From: Dehalococcoidia bacterium
GTDB taxonomy: Bacteria; Chloroflexota; Dehalococcoidia; UBA2247; RBG-13-53-26
DNA: 64,000 nt
NCBI GenBank assembly: GCA_030372995.1
Contig: JAUCPZ010000335.1
Coordinates: forward strand, 12,537 to 76,536
Reading direction: 5' to 3'
Part shown: piece by piece, positions 1-8,199 of the stretch
Layout: each line of letters starts with the position of its first letter
Numbering within the stretch: position 1 is the stretch's first letter
The notes under the pieces: generated by a model
Told to the model about the DNA's origin: nothing
The model's input: only the letters and a program-made list of their open reading frames with translations
Database searches by the model: none
Position numbers and translations under genes: made by a program

Positions 1-423
1 AGGGACACTCTCAAATATCGCCCGTTGCCCCTCTGCCAAGCGGCGGTTGACTATGGCTGCTGCCAAGTGCGTCTTGCCCGAACCGCTGGGGCCGGTGAGC
101 ACCAGCCATCCCTCAGGGTTGGCGGCGAAGGCGGTGGCCGCATGATAGGCGCGCAGGAACAGCTCCTGATTGGCGGGATCTTCGCTCCTGCCCTGAGGCA
201 CGAGGTTGTCGAACGTCAGCCGCGTGAGCGACCCCAGGTTGCTGTGCGACTGCAAACGCTGGAGCCGGCTCTCCTCCAGCCTCTGGCGGGCGCATCGGCA
301 GGGCACCAGGCGGCCATAGTCCGGCTGTCCGTCCGGCAGCCGCGGATGCACGAACCCCACCCCCCTGCACCGGGGGCAGGCCGGCTTCTCCGCCCCGCTT
401 TCAGCGGCGGACAAGGTGTCCAT
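1..423 (-). CDS. DnaC/DnaI-type helicase-loader ATPase (IstB-like AAA+); N-terminal 141 codons only, C-terminus lies beyond the window start
   Basis: Own minus-strand translation; absent from the ORF track because it runs off the window. Reads MDTLSAAESGAEKPACPRCRGVGFV..VPCRC.. then Walker A LVLTGPSGSGKTHLAAAIVNRRL. The ATG at 423 overlaps the 3' end of the DnaD-like gene by 23 nt. Same strand as dnaB. Confidence 0.75.
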   Translation of the reverse strand, partial: MDTLSAAESGAEKPACPRCRGVGFVHPRLPDGQPDYGRLVPCRCARQRLEESRLQRLQSHSNLGSLTRLTFDNLVPQGRSEDPANQELFLRAYHAATAFAANPEGWLVLTGPSGSGKTHLAAAIVNRRLAEGQRAIFESVP

Positions 424-1144
424 ACTTGCCCTTGAAGTAGCGGCCGGGGCTCCCCTTCTTCTTAGTATCTCTCCCAGACTCTCCACTGCCTTTCCCTTCC
501 GTCGACCAGCGCTCCAGGATGCGCTGGATGTAACGCCAACTGCGCTTATTGAGGCTGGCGGCCTCCCGGAAGGCCTCTTCAATCCATGGCGCCGGATACA
601 GTCTTTCCGCCTCTTTCAACTCCTCGGCGATCATGGGTGTCAGCACCCCGATGTTCTGCTCGTACAGCACGAAGACGTTTGGCTGCTCCTCCTTCTTCGC
701 CGCAGGTGCGGCCGGACGCGGTGGTTGGATTGAGATTTCACCGGCTTCCGCCCTGGCCAAAGCCTCCCGGCTGGCTTCGCCGTTGATGAAGTACAGGTCG
801 TGGGACTGTCCATCCTTCTCCACGGCAGCGTGCAGCAGGAAGCCGTGATTGACAGCGGCATCCAAGGCCTCGTGCAGCACTGCTGCCGTATCTGCGCCCG
901 TGTCCAATCCCTGCATCAGGACGGCGTCTGACTCCAATTCCTCCCGGGTCAGGAACCTCATGTTGCCTTTCTTGCGGTACAGCCTCCAGAAGATGTGCAG
1001 CAGCACCTTCAACTCGGGCAAGCTGTCCATCTCGGGGAGGAGCTTGCTGAAGAAAAGGTCCGGAAGCGGGGTCAGGTTGGATCTAGCCGGAAAACCGGGG
1101 AAGGGCTGGCTGTTCAATCTGGTCCTCCACCGGGCAATTCTCAA
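401..1144 (-). CDS. DnaD-domain replication/primosome protein
   Basis: 247-aa ORF. N-terminal FPGFP..TPLPDLFFSKLLPEMDSLPELKVLLHIFW and C-terminal DnaD-type block (WIEEAFREAASLNKRSWRYIQRILERW). Lies between dnaB and a DnaC-like loader. The TTG start at 1144 overlaps dnaB by 62 nt, so the start is uncertain. Confidence 0.75.
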   Translation of the reverse strand: MRIARWRTRLNSQPFPGFPARSNLTPLPDLFFSKLLPEMDSLPELKVLLHIFWRLYRKKGNMRFLTREELESDAVLMQGLDTGADTAAVLHEALDAAVNHGFLLHAAVEKDGQSHDLYFINGEASREALARAEAGEISIQPPRPAAPAAKKEEQPNVFVLYEQNIGVLTPMIAEELKEAERLYPAPWIEEAFREAASLNKRSWRYIQRILERWSTEGKGSGESGRDTKKKGSPGRYFKGKYGHLVRR

Positions 1145-2486
1145 ACCGGGCGATCTCCTCTCGGAACCTCAGACTACGCTGGCCCTGGGGCCCGTTGCGG
1201 TGTTTGGCGACAATGATGTTGGCGATTCCCTGCGGATAGGGAGTGTCCGGGTTCGTGCGGTCCCACTCCTCCCGCGACACATACTTGTCATCGCGGTGGA
1301 TGAACATGACGACATCTGCATCCTGCTCGATGCTGCCGCTTTCCCTCAGGTCGGAGAGCATGGGCTGGTGGCTGGGACGCTGCTCCACGGCACGGCTCAA
1401 CTGCGACAGCGCCAGCACCGGGCAATCCATCTCCCGGGCCAGCGCCTTCAGCGACCGCGATATGTCACTGATCTCCTGCACTCTGTTCTCGGACCGGCCA
1501 TCGCCGCGCACCAGCTGCAGATAGTCCACGATGATGAGATCGATCCCGCGCTCCTGGTTCAGGCGGCGGGCCTTGCCGCGCATCTCCACGACCCGGAGAA
1601 GGGGCGAGTCGTCGATATATATGGGCAGATTGGCGAGTCTCGCAGTGGCCTCGACTACCCTCCTCTCCTGCATGGGCGTCCATTGCCTGGTCAAGATGCG
1701 CTTGGAGTCCACCTCTGCCTCGATGGCCAGAAGCCGCCGCACGAGCGTCTCCTTGGACATCTCCAGGCTGAATATGGCGACATGGGCCCCCTGTTCCATG
1801 GCGGCGTTGCGGGCAATGCACAGCGCGAGGCTCGTCTTGCCCAAGGTGGTCCTGGCTGCCAGGACCACCATGTCAGAGCGCTGCATTCCTCCCAGCAGCT
1901 CGTCGACTGCGGGGAAGCCAGTGTCCACATGGGCGATTCTTCCGGGCTCCTCCAAACCGGCGCCCACTATCATCTTCTCGTCCCAGTACTGGTCCAGTAT
2001 GGGGCGGATGTGCACGAAGTCCCGGGGGCTCTCGCCGCGTCGTACCCGGAAGATGGCGTCTTCTGCCCTGCTCAATGCCTGGTCGATGTCCGGGCTCGCC
2101 TCATAGCCTATGCGGGCGATCTCGGCGGAAGCCGAAATCAGCTTGCGGTGGACATAATGATTGCTGACGATGCGGGCATAGTCCTTGATGTGCAGAGAGG
2201 TGGGGATCGTCTCCACGAGATGGCTAAGGAACGCCACGCCTCCCACCACCTCCAGCCTCCCGCGGTTCGCCAGTTCCTGGGCCACCGTTATCTGGTTGAT
2301 GGCCTCGCCGCGGTCATAGAGCGCCAGGCAGGCCTCGTAGACCCACTGGTTCTTCTCGCGGTAGAAGGCTTCGGGCTTCAAGAAGATGGCGACTTCAGCG
2401 ACGGAATCCGGATCAACCAGCAGTGAGCCGAGAACAGCCTCTTCGGCCTCCACGTTGTGAGGTGGCAGCTTGCCGTTTTCGGCCAC
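1083..2486 (-). CDS. dnaB: replicative DNA helicase DnaB
   Basis: 467 aa. N-terminal PPHNVEAEEAVLGSLLVDP, Walker A LAARTTLGKTSLAL, and the C-terminal RecA-like part (IIVDYLQL..SRSLKALAREMDCPVLALSQLSR). Confidence 0.97.
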   Translation of the reverse strand: MAENGKLPPHNVEAEEAVLGSLLVDPDSVAEVAIFLKPEAFYREKNQWVYEACLALYDRGEAINQITVAQELANRGRLEVVGGVAFLSHLVETIPTSLHIKDYARIVSNHYVHRKLISASAEIARIGYEASPDIDQALSRAEDAIFRVRRGESPRDFVHIRPILDQYWDEKMIVGAGLEEPGRIAHVDTGFPAVDELLGGMQRSDMVVLAARTTLGKTSLALCIARNAAMEQGAHVAIFSLEMSKETLVRRLLAIEAEVDSKRILTRQWTPMQERRVVEATARLANLPIYIDDSPLLRVVEMRGKARRLNQERGIDLIIVDYLQLVRGDGRSENRVQEISDISRSLKALAREMDCPVLALSQLSRAVEQRPSHQPMLSDLRESGSIEQDADVVMFIHRDDKYVSREEWDRTNPDTPYPQGIANIIVAKHRNGPQGQRSLRFREEIARFENCPVEDQIEQPALPRFSG

Positions 2487-2941
2487 TATTCCTCCCTGGC
2501 AACGACTACCTTGACCTTGGGGGTCAAGTCCTTGCTCAACCTGACGGTGAGCTCATGGGTTCCCAGGGTACGGATGGGCGCCTCGAGCACCACCATGGCG
2601 CGGTCGATGGCTGCACCGGTGACACGTGCCAGTTCCTCGGCAATCTGGTTGTCCCTGATGGAGCCGTAGAGGCGTTCGCCCTCGACTGCCTTGGCCTTGA
2701 TGTTGAAGGTGAGGACCAGTCCTTCCAGTTGCTGAGCCAGCTTGGTGAGCTCGTCGAGGCGGCGCTGGTGCTCCTGCTCTTCCCTCTGAAGCTGAGCCTC
2801 AACTTCCTTCAGAGCTGTGGGTGTAGCGGGCCGGGCCAGATTCCGCCGGAGGAGGAAGTTCCTGGCATAGCCATCGGCCACTTCCTTGACGTCGCCCGCC
2901 TTGCCCACGCGGGGCACATCCCTGACCAGTACCACTTTCAT
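2486..2941 (-). CDS. rplI: 50S ribosomal protein L9
   Basis: An internal ATG gives MKVVLVRDVPRVGKAGDVKEVADGYARNFLL, the canonical L9 N-terminus. Stop is adjacent to the dnaB start. Confidence 0.93.
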   Translation of the reverse strand: MKVVLVRDVPRVGKAGDVKEVADGYARNFLLRRNLARPATPTALKEVEAQLQREEQEHQRRLDELTKLAQQLEGLVLTFNIKAKAVEGERLYGSIRDNQIAEELARVTGAAIDRAMVVLEAPIRTLGTHELTVRLSKDLTPKVKVVVAREE

Positions 2942-2948
2942 GGGCGCT

Positions 2949-2976
2949 ATTATACCTTGGACTTCCAGAAAAGCAA
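2949..2976 (-). promoter_or_regulatory. sigma70-like promoter, TTGCTT-N16-TATAAT, ending 7 nt before the rplI ATG (candidate leaderless transcript)
   Basis: Minus strand reads ttgctt-ttctggaagtccaagg-tataat-agcgccc-ATG. There is no SD between the -10 and the ATG. Confidence 0.5.
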
Positions 2977-3489
2977 ATGGTCCTCTCTGAACGGAACCCC
3001 GCACGATTTCTTGAGGTTCTCAGCCTCGCGAGCAGGCAAGATGCGTGTTGGTCTTGTTTCCTGGTGCCAAGGCCAACCAGTCCATAGAAGGGGTCTGAGT
3101 GAAATGGTTGCCGTCTTGGCCCTTTCCGCGTCCGCTACTGATATTGGGTTCACCAGGCTCGACGCCATGGCTTTGCGGTGAGTGGCGGTGATGCTGCCGC
3201 TGGTGCCGCTGGCGTTCCTCCAGGCCGGATCGGGTTTGACTCGCCGTGATCATTTGCGTCCTGTGCAATGACGAAAGATGTAGCATACAGCGGTCAGGAG
3301 GCTCGTATAGCGTGGGAGGATAATCGTGGGTTGCGAGAGGCATCCCACCGCGGAGTCAGGAGAGTCTGCCACAGACAAGTGCTCTCCCACCTGAAGCCAC
3401 GCCATTGCCTGGATCCAGAGGAGCAACGTACACGCCAGCCAGAAGCGTTCAGGCGCAACCCTTCACGTTCGAATGGTGGCGACCATCCC

Positions 3490-4089
3490 TTATATCCCGG
3501 GTACAAGCAGGGCCACAATGAACACCAGGACCATGTATATTATCCAGCCGACCACGCAGGTGCCAATCGCTCGCCAGGTGCTGAAATCGAGAGCCTGCCT
3601 CACCGCGATAACGCCGGCTATGAGGGCCCAGACAGAACCCACCAGGGATATCAACCATCCAACGTACGGCACGAAAGCGAATATGCCGAGAAGCCTTGGA
3701 GTGTTGGAGAACCCCAGAGTACGCATCAACTGCCCTACGGTTGCCTCTGTCTGAGGCCCCTTGAAGATTGTGGTCCCGAGCAGGTAGGCAATGACCGACC
3801 AAGCGAGCCATCCTACTATCGCGGTGCCTATACCGACCAGCAAACCCCAGAGAAACGACAGTGTCTTAGCGTCTTCGGCCATGATGGCTGCGATTCCGCC
3901 ACCGATACCCCCGGCGATAGCCACTATTAGGACAACTGCGAAAGCTTGCCCCGTAGCCGTGCTGTCCGCCTCGACTTCCTCATAGAGGTCGACTTCGAGC
4001 TTCCAGGCTCTCAGCATTCTGCTCCATATCGACCTGGAACGTGCCGTTGGTGCGGGCGCTGAAGGTTCTGTGGGCGTCTGTGTGGTCAT
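3490..4089 (-). CDS. Yip1-family integral membrane protein
   Basis: 199 aa. Polar N-terminus followed by 5 predicted TM helices. The pattern WKLEVDLYEEVEADSTATGQAFAVVLIVAI is typical of bacterial YIP1-domain proteins. Confidence 0.7.
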   Translation of the reverse strand: MTTQTPTEPSAPAPTARSRSIWSRMLRAWKLEVDLYEEVEADSTATGQAFAVVLIVAIAGGIGGGIAAIMAEDAKTLSFLWGLLVGIGTAIVGWLAWSVIAYLLGTTIFKGPQTEATVGQLMRTLGFSNTPRLLGIFAFVPYVGWLISLVGSVWALIAGVIAVRQALDFSTWRAIGTCVVGWIIYMVLVFIVALLVPGI

Positions 4090-4168
4090 TCCTTAACCTC
4101 CTTTCAAGACCGCTCTTGCGGGATCGCCTTCGATGGAGCGGTGTCCTATCACGCCCTCAGGGAGTCCC

Positions 4169-4195
4169 GCGCTCGGCCGCGGTGCGGCCGAGCGC
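4169..4195 (-). terminator. perfect 12-bp GC hairpin (gcgctcggccgc-ggt-gcggccgagcgc), no U-tail
   Basis: Inverted repeat read directly, between the DUF362 gene (ends 4329) and the Yip1 gene (starts 4089). Its role as terminator or attenuator is inferred. Confidence 0.4.
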
Positions 4196-4328
4196 CATCT
4201 GAGGTATGTGCAGCAGCGCTGCAAACCTGATCTCTAATAGCACCGGCCATGAGGTGTTGCGTGAATGTTAAGGGGGAGGTGCCCGTTATGTCAATAGGTC
4301 GTCCCGGCTGGGCCGTCACAGGGGGTCC

Positions 4329-5477
4329 TCAGTGTCGGAAGAAGGTCCTACCCAGCACAGTACCGCGGGCCGAGATGGCTCCCTCAGGGCAGGATTCCTG
4401 GCAGCAGTAGCAGCGGATGCAGCGGTCATAATCATGGACGGGAGGCTTCTCCCTGTCACCTTTCCGCCAGTCAACCGCCTTCGGGTCGACAGGGCACATC
4501 TTGACGCACATGCCGCAACCGGTACATTTCGCCTTGGCGATGACCGGCCTTTCACACACGCGGTTCTTCACGAAGGCCATGATTCTGTTCTGGGTGCAGT
4601 GTTCCTGGGGCGTGCGAATGACGTCAAAATCGCGGCAGAAGAATGATTCCAGACCTTCGCCCACCAGTTCTATGTTCTCACTGTGGTAAGTACCCAGCCC
4701 CGCTTTCTCGCCCGGCTTCGACGTCGTCGCGATCTCCGGGTCAAGGTTGATGATCCGGCAGGCGGTGGCGTCCAGCGCCACCGGGTCGGTAGAGAACAAC
4801 AGAACATCGAGCTTTCGGAGTCTGCCGCTGCGCGGTCCGTTTCCCTCCATGGCCACAATGCCGTCCATCACGCAGAAGCGGGGTCTCACCAAGGTATTCA
4901 GGTCGACCAGCATCGTGGCGAAGTCGTACGGATCGGGCAGCTTCACGTGGTACTGGCTCTTGAGCAGGCCGGGGATGCAGCCAAACTGGTTCTTCACGGC
5001 ACCGGTGAGCCGGGTCAACGGGTGGGTCTTCAGTTTGGGCAGGTTGACCACGCCATCGGAATCCAGCACACCGTTGGCCAGCACGAAGCTCTTGATCAGG
5101 AGACCATCTTTGTGGCTGACAGTCCGGCCTTTGTCGAAATCAGCCAGTTCGATGCCCATTTCGTCGGCCACCTGCTTCAAGCCGCATCTCCGCAGATGGC
5201 CTTCGGCTCCGGCGAAGCTGGGGGAGTCACCATAGGAGACCCGGGCGCCGGATTCCTGAAGGATCTTCCCGACTGCCCGGAAGACCGCTGGGTGAGTAGA
5301 GATACCCTTTTCGGGGTTGGTGCCATAGAGCACGTTCGGCTTCAGAACAATTCTCTCGCCGGATCTCACCAGATTGGAAATCCCGCCGATAAGATCGAGA
5401 CCCTTGACCGCAGCCTGATATATGGCGTCCGGGTCGTAGTTCTCACATCTAACCAGAGCTACTCTTGATCGATTCAT
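4329..5477 (-). CDS. DUF362 domain protein fused to a C-terminal 2x[4Fe-4S] ferredoxin domain
   Basis: 382 aa. DUF362 core (IVLKPNVLYG..VVNLPKLKTHPLTRLTGAVKNQFG..MDGIVAMEGNGP), then CTGCGMCVKMCP and CIRCYCCQESCPEGAI. No signal peptide. Confidence 0.8.
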   Translation of the reverse strand: MNRSRVALVRCENYDPDAIYQAAVKGLDLIGGISNLVRSGERIVLKPNVLYGTNPEKGISTHPAVFRAVGKILQESGARVSYGDSPSFAGAEGHLRRCGLKQVADEMGIELADFDKGRTVSHKDGLLIKSFVLANGVLDSDGVVNLPKLKTHPLTRLTGAVKNQFGCIPGLLKSQYHVKLPDPYDFATMLVDLNTLVRPRFCVMDGIVAMEGNGPRSGRLRKLDVLLFSTDPVALDATACRIINLDPEIATTSKPGEKAGLGTYHSENIELVGEGLESFFCRDFDVIRTPQEHCTQNRIMAFVKNRVCERPVIAKAKCTGCGMCVKMCPVDPKAVDWRKGDREKPPVHDYDRCIRCYCCQESCPEGAISARGTVLGRTFFRH

Positions 5478-5668
5478 CGGTGATCTGCAACTCCCGCATT
5501 GGCGGACGGGTCAGCTCCGAGCCGTCGCGTTTCCGAACGACAATGTGGAAGCGAGGCCGCATGTCTCACCGGGCATGGAGCCGGTCCGTTTCCTCGTGGC
5601 TGGCCTGAGGGCGAATATGGGCCCTACAGCCACTCGGTACTCGTGCCACTTCCGCGGACAATTCATCC

Positions 5669-6736
5669 TCACTTGTCGATAACGTCAAATCCGCGTCCCC
5701 TGTTCAATGTCAGCAGTACGTACAGAGGGAGAAGCGCACCTATGGTGCTGTATATCGGGAACAACACCACTGCCTGCGGCATGGTCTTCGTGCGTCTGGC
5801 TCCTACGATGAAGAAGACGAGAGAGAGGAGGAAACACGAGACGATTGTCAGGTCGATGGCAACGATGCTGGAAGACAATCCGCCAGTGATGAGAAGAATG
5901 GGGATGAATATCCAGGCGATGATGCCCAGGAAGCCCAGACTCCAGGTCAGCATTCGAACCGACACCAGGACTCGAGAGGCAAGAGGGTACTTGGGGAGTA
6001 TGGACATGAGCCCTAGGTACCATCTGCGTCGTTGTTTCCAGAAATCGCCGATAGAATGCGGAGACAGGATGGAAATTTCCGTGCTCGACCGAAAGAATTT
6101 CGTCCCTTCTCCCGCACGTATGCCGAATTCAGCATCTTCCACGATGCTTGTTATGCCCTTCCAGTACCGCTTCAAGATGTCCCCTCTGACCAGCATCCCT
6201 TCACCGTGCATGCCAAACACTGGCTTTCCCATGAGGTGGTTGAGAGCCAGACCCAGTGAGAATCTGTCGTCAGCATATCTCAGGTTGTCGCAAAGGTGCG
6301 GAAGAAGTGACTTTCCTCTCCTTGGCACCAGGATGCAGTTCCCCAATAGCTTGCCTTCTTCCTCATACCTGGCCACATCGCATTGGAAACGGTCATCCAA
6401 GGGATAGCTGTCATCATCCAGAAACATATACCAGCGGTTCTCGTCAGCCACTTCCTGAGCAAACCACCAGATCGCCCGTCCTTTGGCCCTCCCACTGTCC
6501 CATTCTTTGGGAACCAGGAGAACAACAAGCCCGGCTGAACGCGCATATTCAGTCACCTTCTTGGACGCGTCTTCCTCAGTGAGGAGATAGACCTTGCCGT
6601 TGGCGACGCTCAGTGTCTTTTCAATTACTTTAGACAAGGAGCCGAGGAGTCTTTGATCGCCCAAGGTGGTGATGACGATGTCAACAGTCTTTCTGGCTTG
6701 TCCGCCACGCTCTTTTCTGCTCATTGACCTCAGCAT
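5669..6736 (-). CDS. family-2 glycosyltransferase, membrane-integrated (processive type)
   Basis: 355 aa. DxD (FLDDDSYPLDD) and Q(R)xRW (WKQRRRWYLG) motifs, followed by several C-terminal TM helices. Confidence 0.8.
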   Translation of the reverse strand: MLRSMSRKERGGQARKTVDIVITTLGDQRLLGSLSKVIEKTLSVANGKVYLLTEEDASKKVTEYARSAGLVVLLVPKEWDSGRAKGRAIWWFAQEVADENRWYMFLDDDSYPLDDRFQCDVARYEEEGKLLGNCILVPRRGKSLLPHLCDNLRYADDRFSLGLALNHLMGKPVFGMHGEGMLVRGDILKRYWKGITSIVEDAEFGIRAGEGTKFFRSSTEISILSPHSIGDFWKQRRRWYLGLMSILPKYPLASRVLVSVRMLTWSLGFLGIIAWIFIPILLITGGLSSSIVAIDLTIVSCFLLSLVFFIVGARRTKTMPQAVVLFPIYSTIGALLPLYVLLTLNRGRGFDVIDK

Positions 6737-6979
6737 CCTGCTGCGACATTATAGCAGCCCTGGATTTGAGTTGGATGTGCGACGGTGTTCTCTCACCATC
6801 CGCGGTTGACGAACGGAGCGAAGGCGGGCTTTGCGCGGCGCGAGACGTTTGGTAGAATGCTGACATTGCCCGCCCGGCACACGGACGGGTGAAGCCGAGT
6901 GAGGTTGCTGCGCCTTCTTCTCGCTCATGGGAAGAACGGCTCGCAGTCATGATGTGAGACGATCGAAGGAGGAGGGCAG

Positions 6980-7279
6980 ATGATCAGAGTATCAGTCATG
7001 TATCCCAACGAGAAGGGAAAGCGGTTCGATCTGGACTACTTCACCAAGAAGCACATGGCCCTGGTCCACAAGCTTCTCGATCCCGCGGGCCTGGTGAAGT
7101 CCGAGGTGGACAAGGCGGCCGACCCCAACGCTCCCTTCGTTGCCGTAGCGCATCTCTATTTCAAGTCGCTCGAGGAGTCGCAGGTCGGCTTCGCCACTCA
7201 TGCCGCAGAATTCATGGCCGATATGCCCAACTACACCGACTTGGTGCCGCAGGTGCAGTTCAGCGAGATAGTCAAGTAG
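6980..7279 (+). CDS. EthD-family protein (TIGR02118-like)
   Basis: 99 aa. MIRVSVMYPNEKGKRFDLDYFTKKHMALV...PNYTDLVPQVQFSEIV matches the EthD small-protein pattern. SD aggagg lies upstream. Confidence 0.75.
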   Translation: MIRVSVMYPNEKGKRFDLDYFTKKHMALVHKLLDPAGLVKSEVDKAADPNAPFVAVAHLYFKSLEESQVGFATHAAEFMADMPNYTDLVPQVQFSEIVK

Positions 7280-7378
7280 GGGCCGGGGCCCCTCGCAGAT
7301 TCTCGGGCCGTCTCCTGGTCTGCGCGTCGCGCGCCCAATGGGCGCGGCGTTGGGAGGCGGGACAGCCGCGGGAGGGGA

Positions 7379-8104
7379 TTGGCTTTGTCACAAGCTGCGC
7401 CAGCGAAGAGGGGAACAGCTGGTTGGAGAGGCAGGCTGTTTCTCCTGACCATGGTTGGGTGTGTCCAGTTCATTGTGCTGTCGGCAGTGGCGATGCTCCT
7501 CTATCCGGGCGGCAACTACTCCGACAACAGCACCGCCGGCTACGAGTTCCACCGGAACTTCTTCTCTGACCTGGGCCGCACGGTGGCGCACAACGGCGAC
7601 TCGAACACAGCGGCAATGATTCTGTTTATCGTCGGCCTTTCAGTCGCCGGTCTGGCTCTCATCCTCTATTTCTTGGCAGTGCCGCCGCACTTCACCGGGA
7701 ACCGGACAGCGCGGCGCCTGAGCCTCGTCGGCTCAACGGTGGGGGTGATATCGGGGCTTGGATTCATCGGCATTGCCGCCACGCCGGCAAACGCGAACCT
7801 GACGGTCCACCGCCTTTTCGTCGACGTAGCCTTCACGGGTTTCCTCCTTGTTGTGTTCTGCTACTCGGCCGCCATTCTCAAGAGCCGTGCCTATCCGCGG
7901 CTGTATGCGTATGCCTACTTTGCCTTCGCCATCATCCTGGCGCTCTATCTGATACTGCTCTTTGGTGGGCCCGAGGTGGAGTCAGCGGGCGGCGTGGTGA
8001 TCCAGGCCGTGGGCCAGAAGATCGTGGTCTACGCGGGCATCGTCTGCGTGGTCATTCAATCCTGGGGAGCGTATCAGGTGGAGCGGCGGCTGGGTCAACT
8101 GTAG
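7379..8104 (+). CDS. polytopic membrane protein of unknown function (DUF998-like, tentative)
   Basis: 241 aa with about 6 TM helices. TTG start. Family assignment is by general resemblance only. Confidence 0.5.
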   Translation: MALSQAAPAKRGTAGWRGRLFLLTMVGCVQFIVLSAVAMLLYPGGNYSDNSTAGYEFHRNFFSDLGRTVAHNGDSNTAAMILFIVGLSVAGLALILYFLAVPPHFTGNRTARRLSLVGSTVGVISGLGFIGIAATPANANLTVHRLFVDVAFTGFLLVVFCYSAAILKSRAYPRLYAYAYFAFAIILALYLILLFGGPEVESAGGVVIQAVGQKIVVYAGIVCVVIQSWGAYQVERRLGQL

Positions 8105-8140
8105 GGTGGATCAAATCCGCTTAAGGCGGACGGATCCACC
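8105..8140. terminator. compound hairpin between convergent genes
   Basis: ggtggatc..tccgc-ttaag-gcgga..gatccacc read directly. A second 6-bp hairpin lies at about 8167-8188. Confidence 0.45.
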
Positions 8141-8199
8141 GCGGTCTCCGTGTGGCGATGCGATGGTGGGTCCGCTGCGCTTGACCCAGCCTACATTGC

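Noticed and set aside
25-435. 136-aa plus-strand ORF (and the 113..370 minus ORF) at the window start
   Set aside because: A different minus-strand frame encodes a clean DnaC/DnaI-like N-terminus with a Walker A motif. That frame continues the dnaB/dnaD operon. The track ORFs are Ala/Arg/Gly/Pro-rich shadows.
849-2426. 525-aa plus-strand ORF
   Set aside because: It is antisense to the unmistakable dnaB gene and has the low-complexity Arg/Leu/Gly-rich composition typical of GC-rich shadow frames.
2942-3489. About 550-bp gap upstream of rplI, checked for rpsR/ssb remnants, tRNA-like or SRP/tmRNA-like sequence
   Set aside because: The track ORFs here (for example the 107-aa 3020..3343) are His/Arg/Gln-rich with no motif. 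No cloverleaf or conserved ncRNA motif is recognisable by eye.
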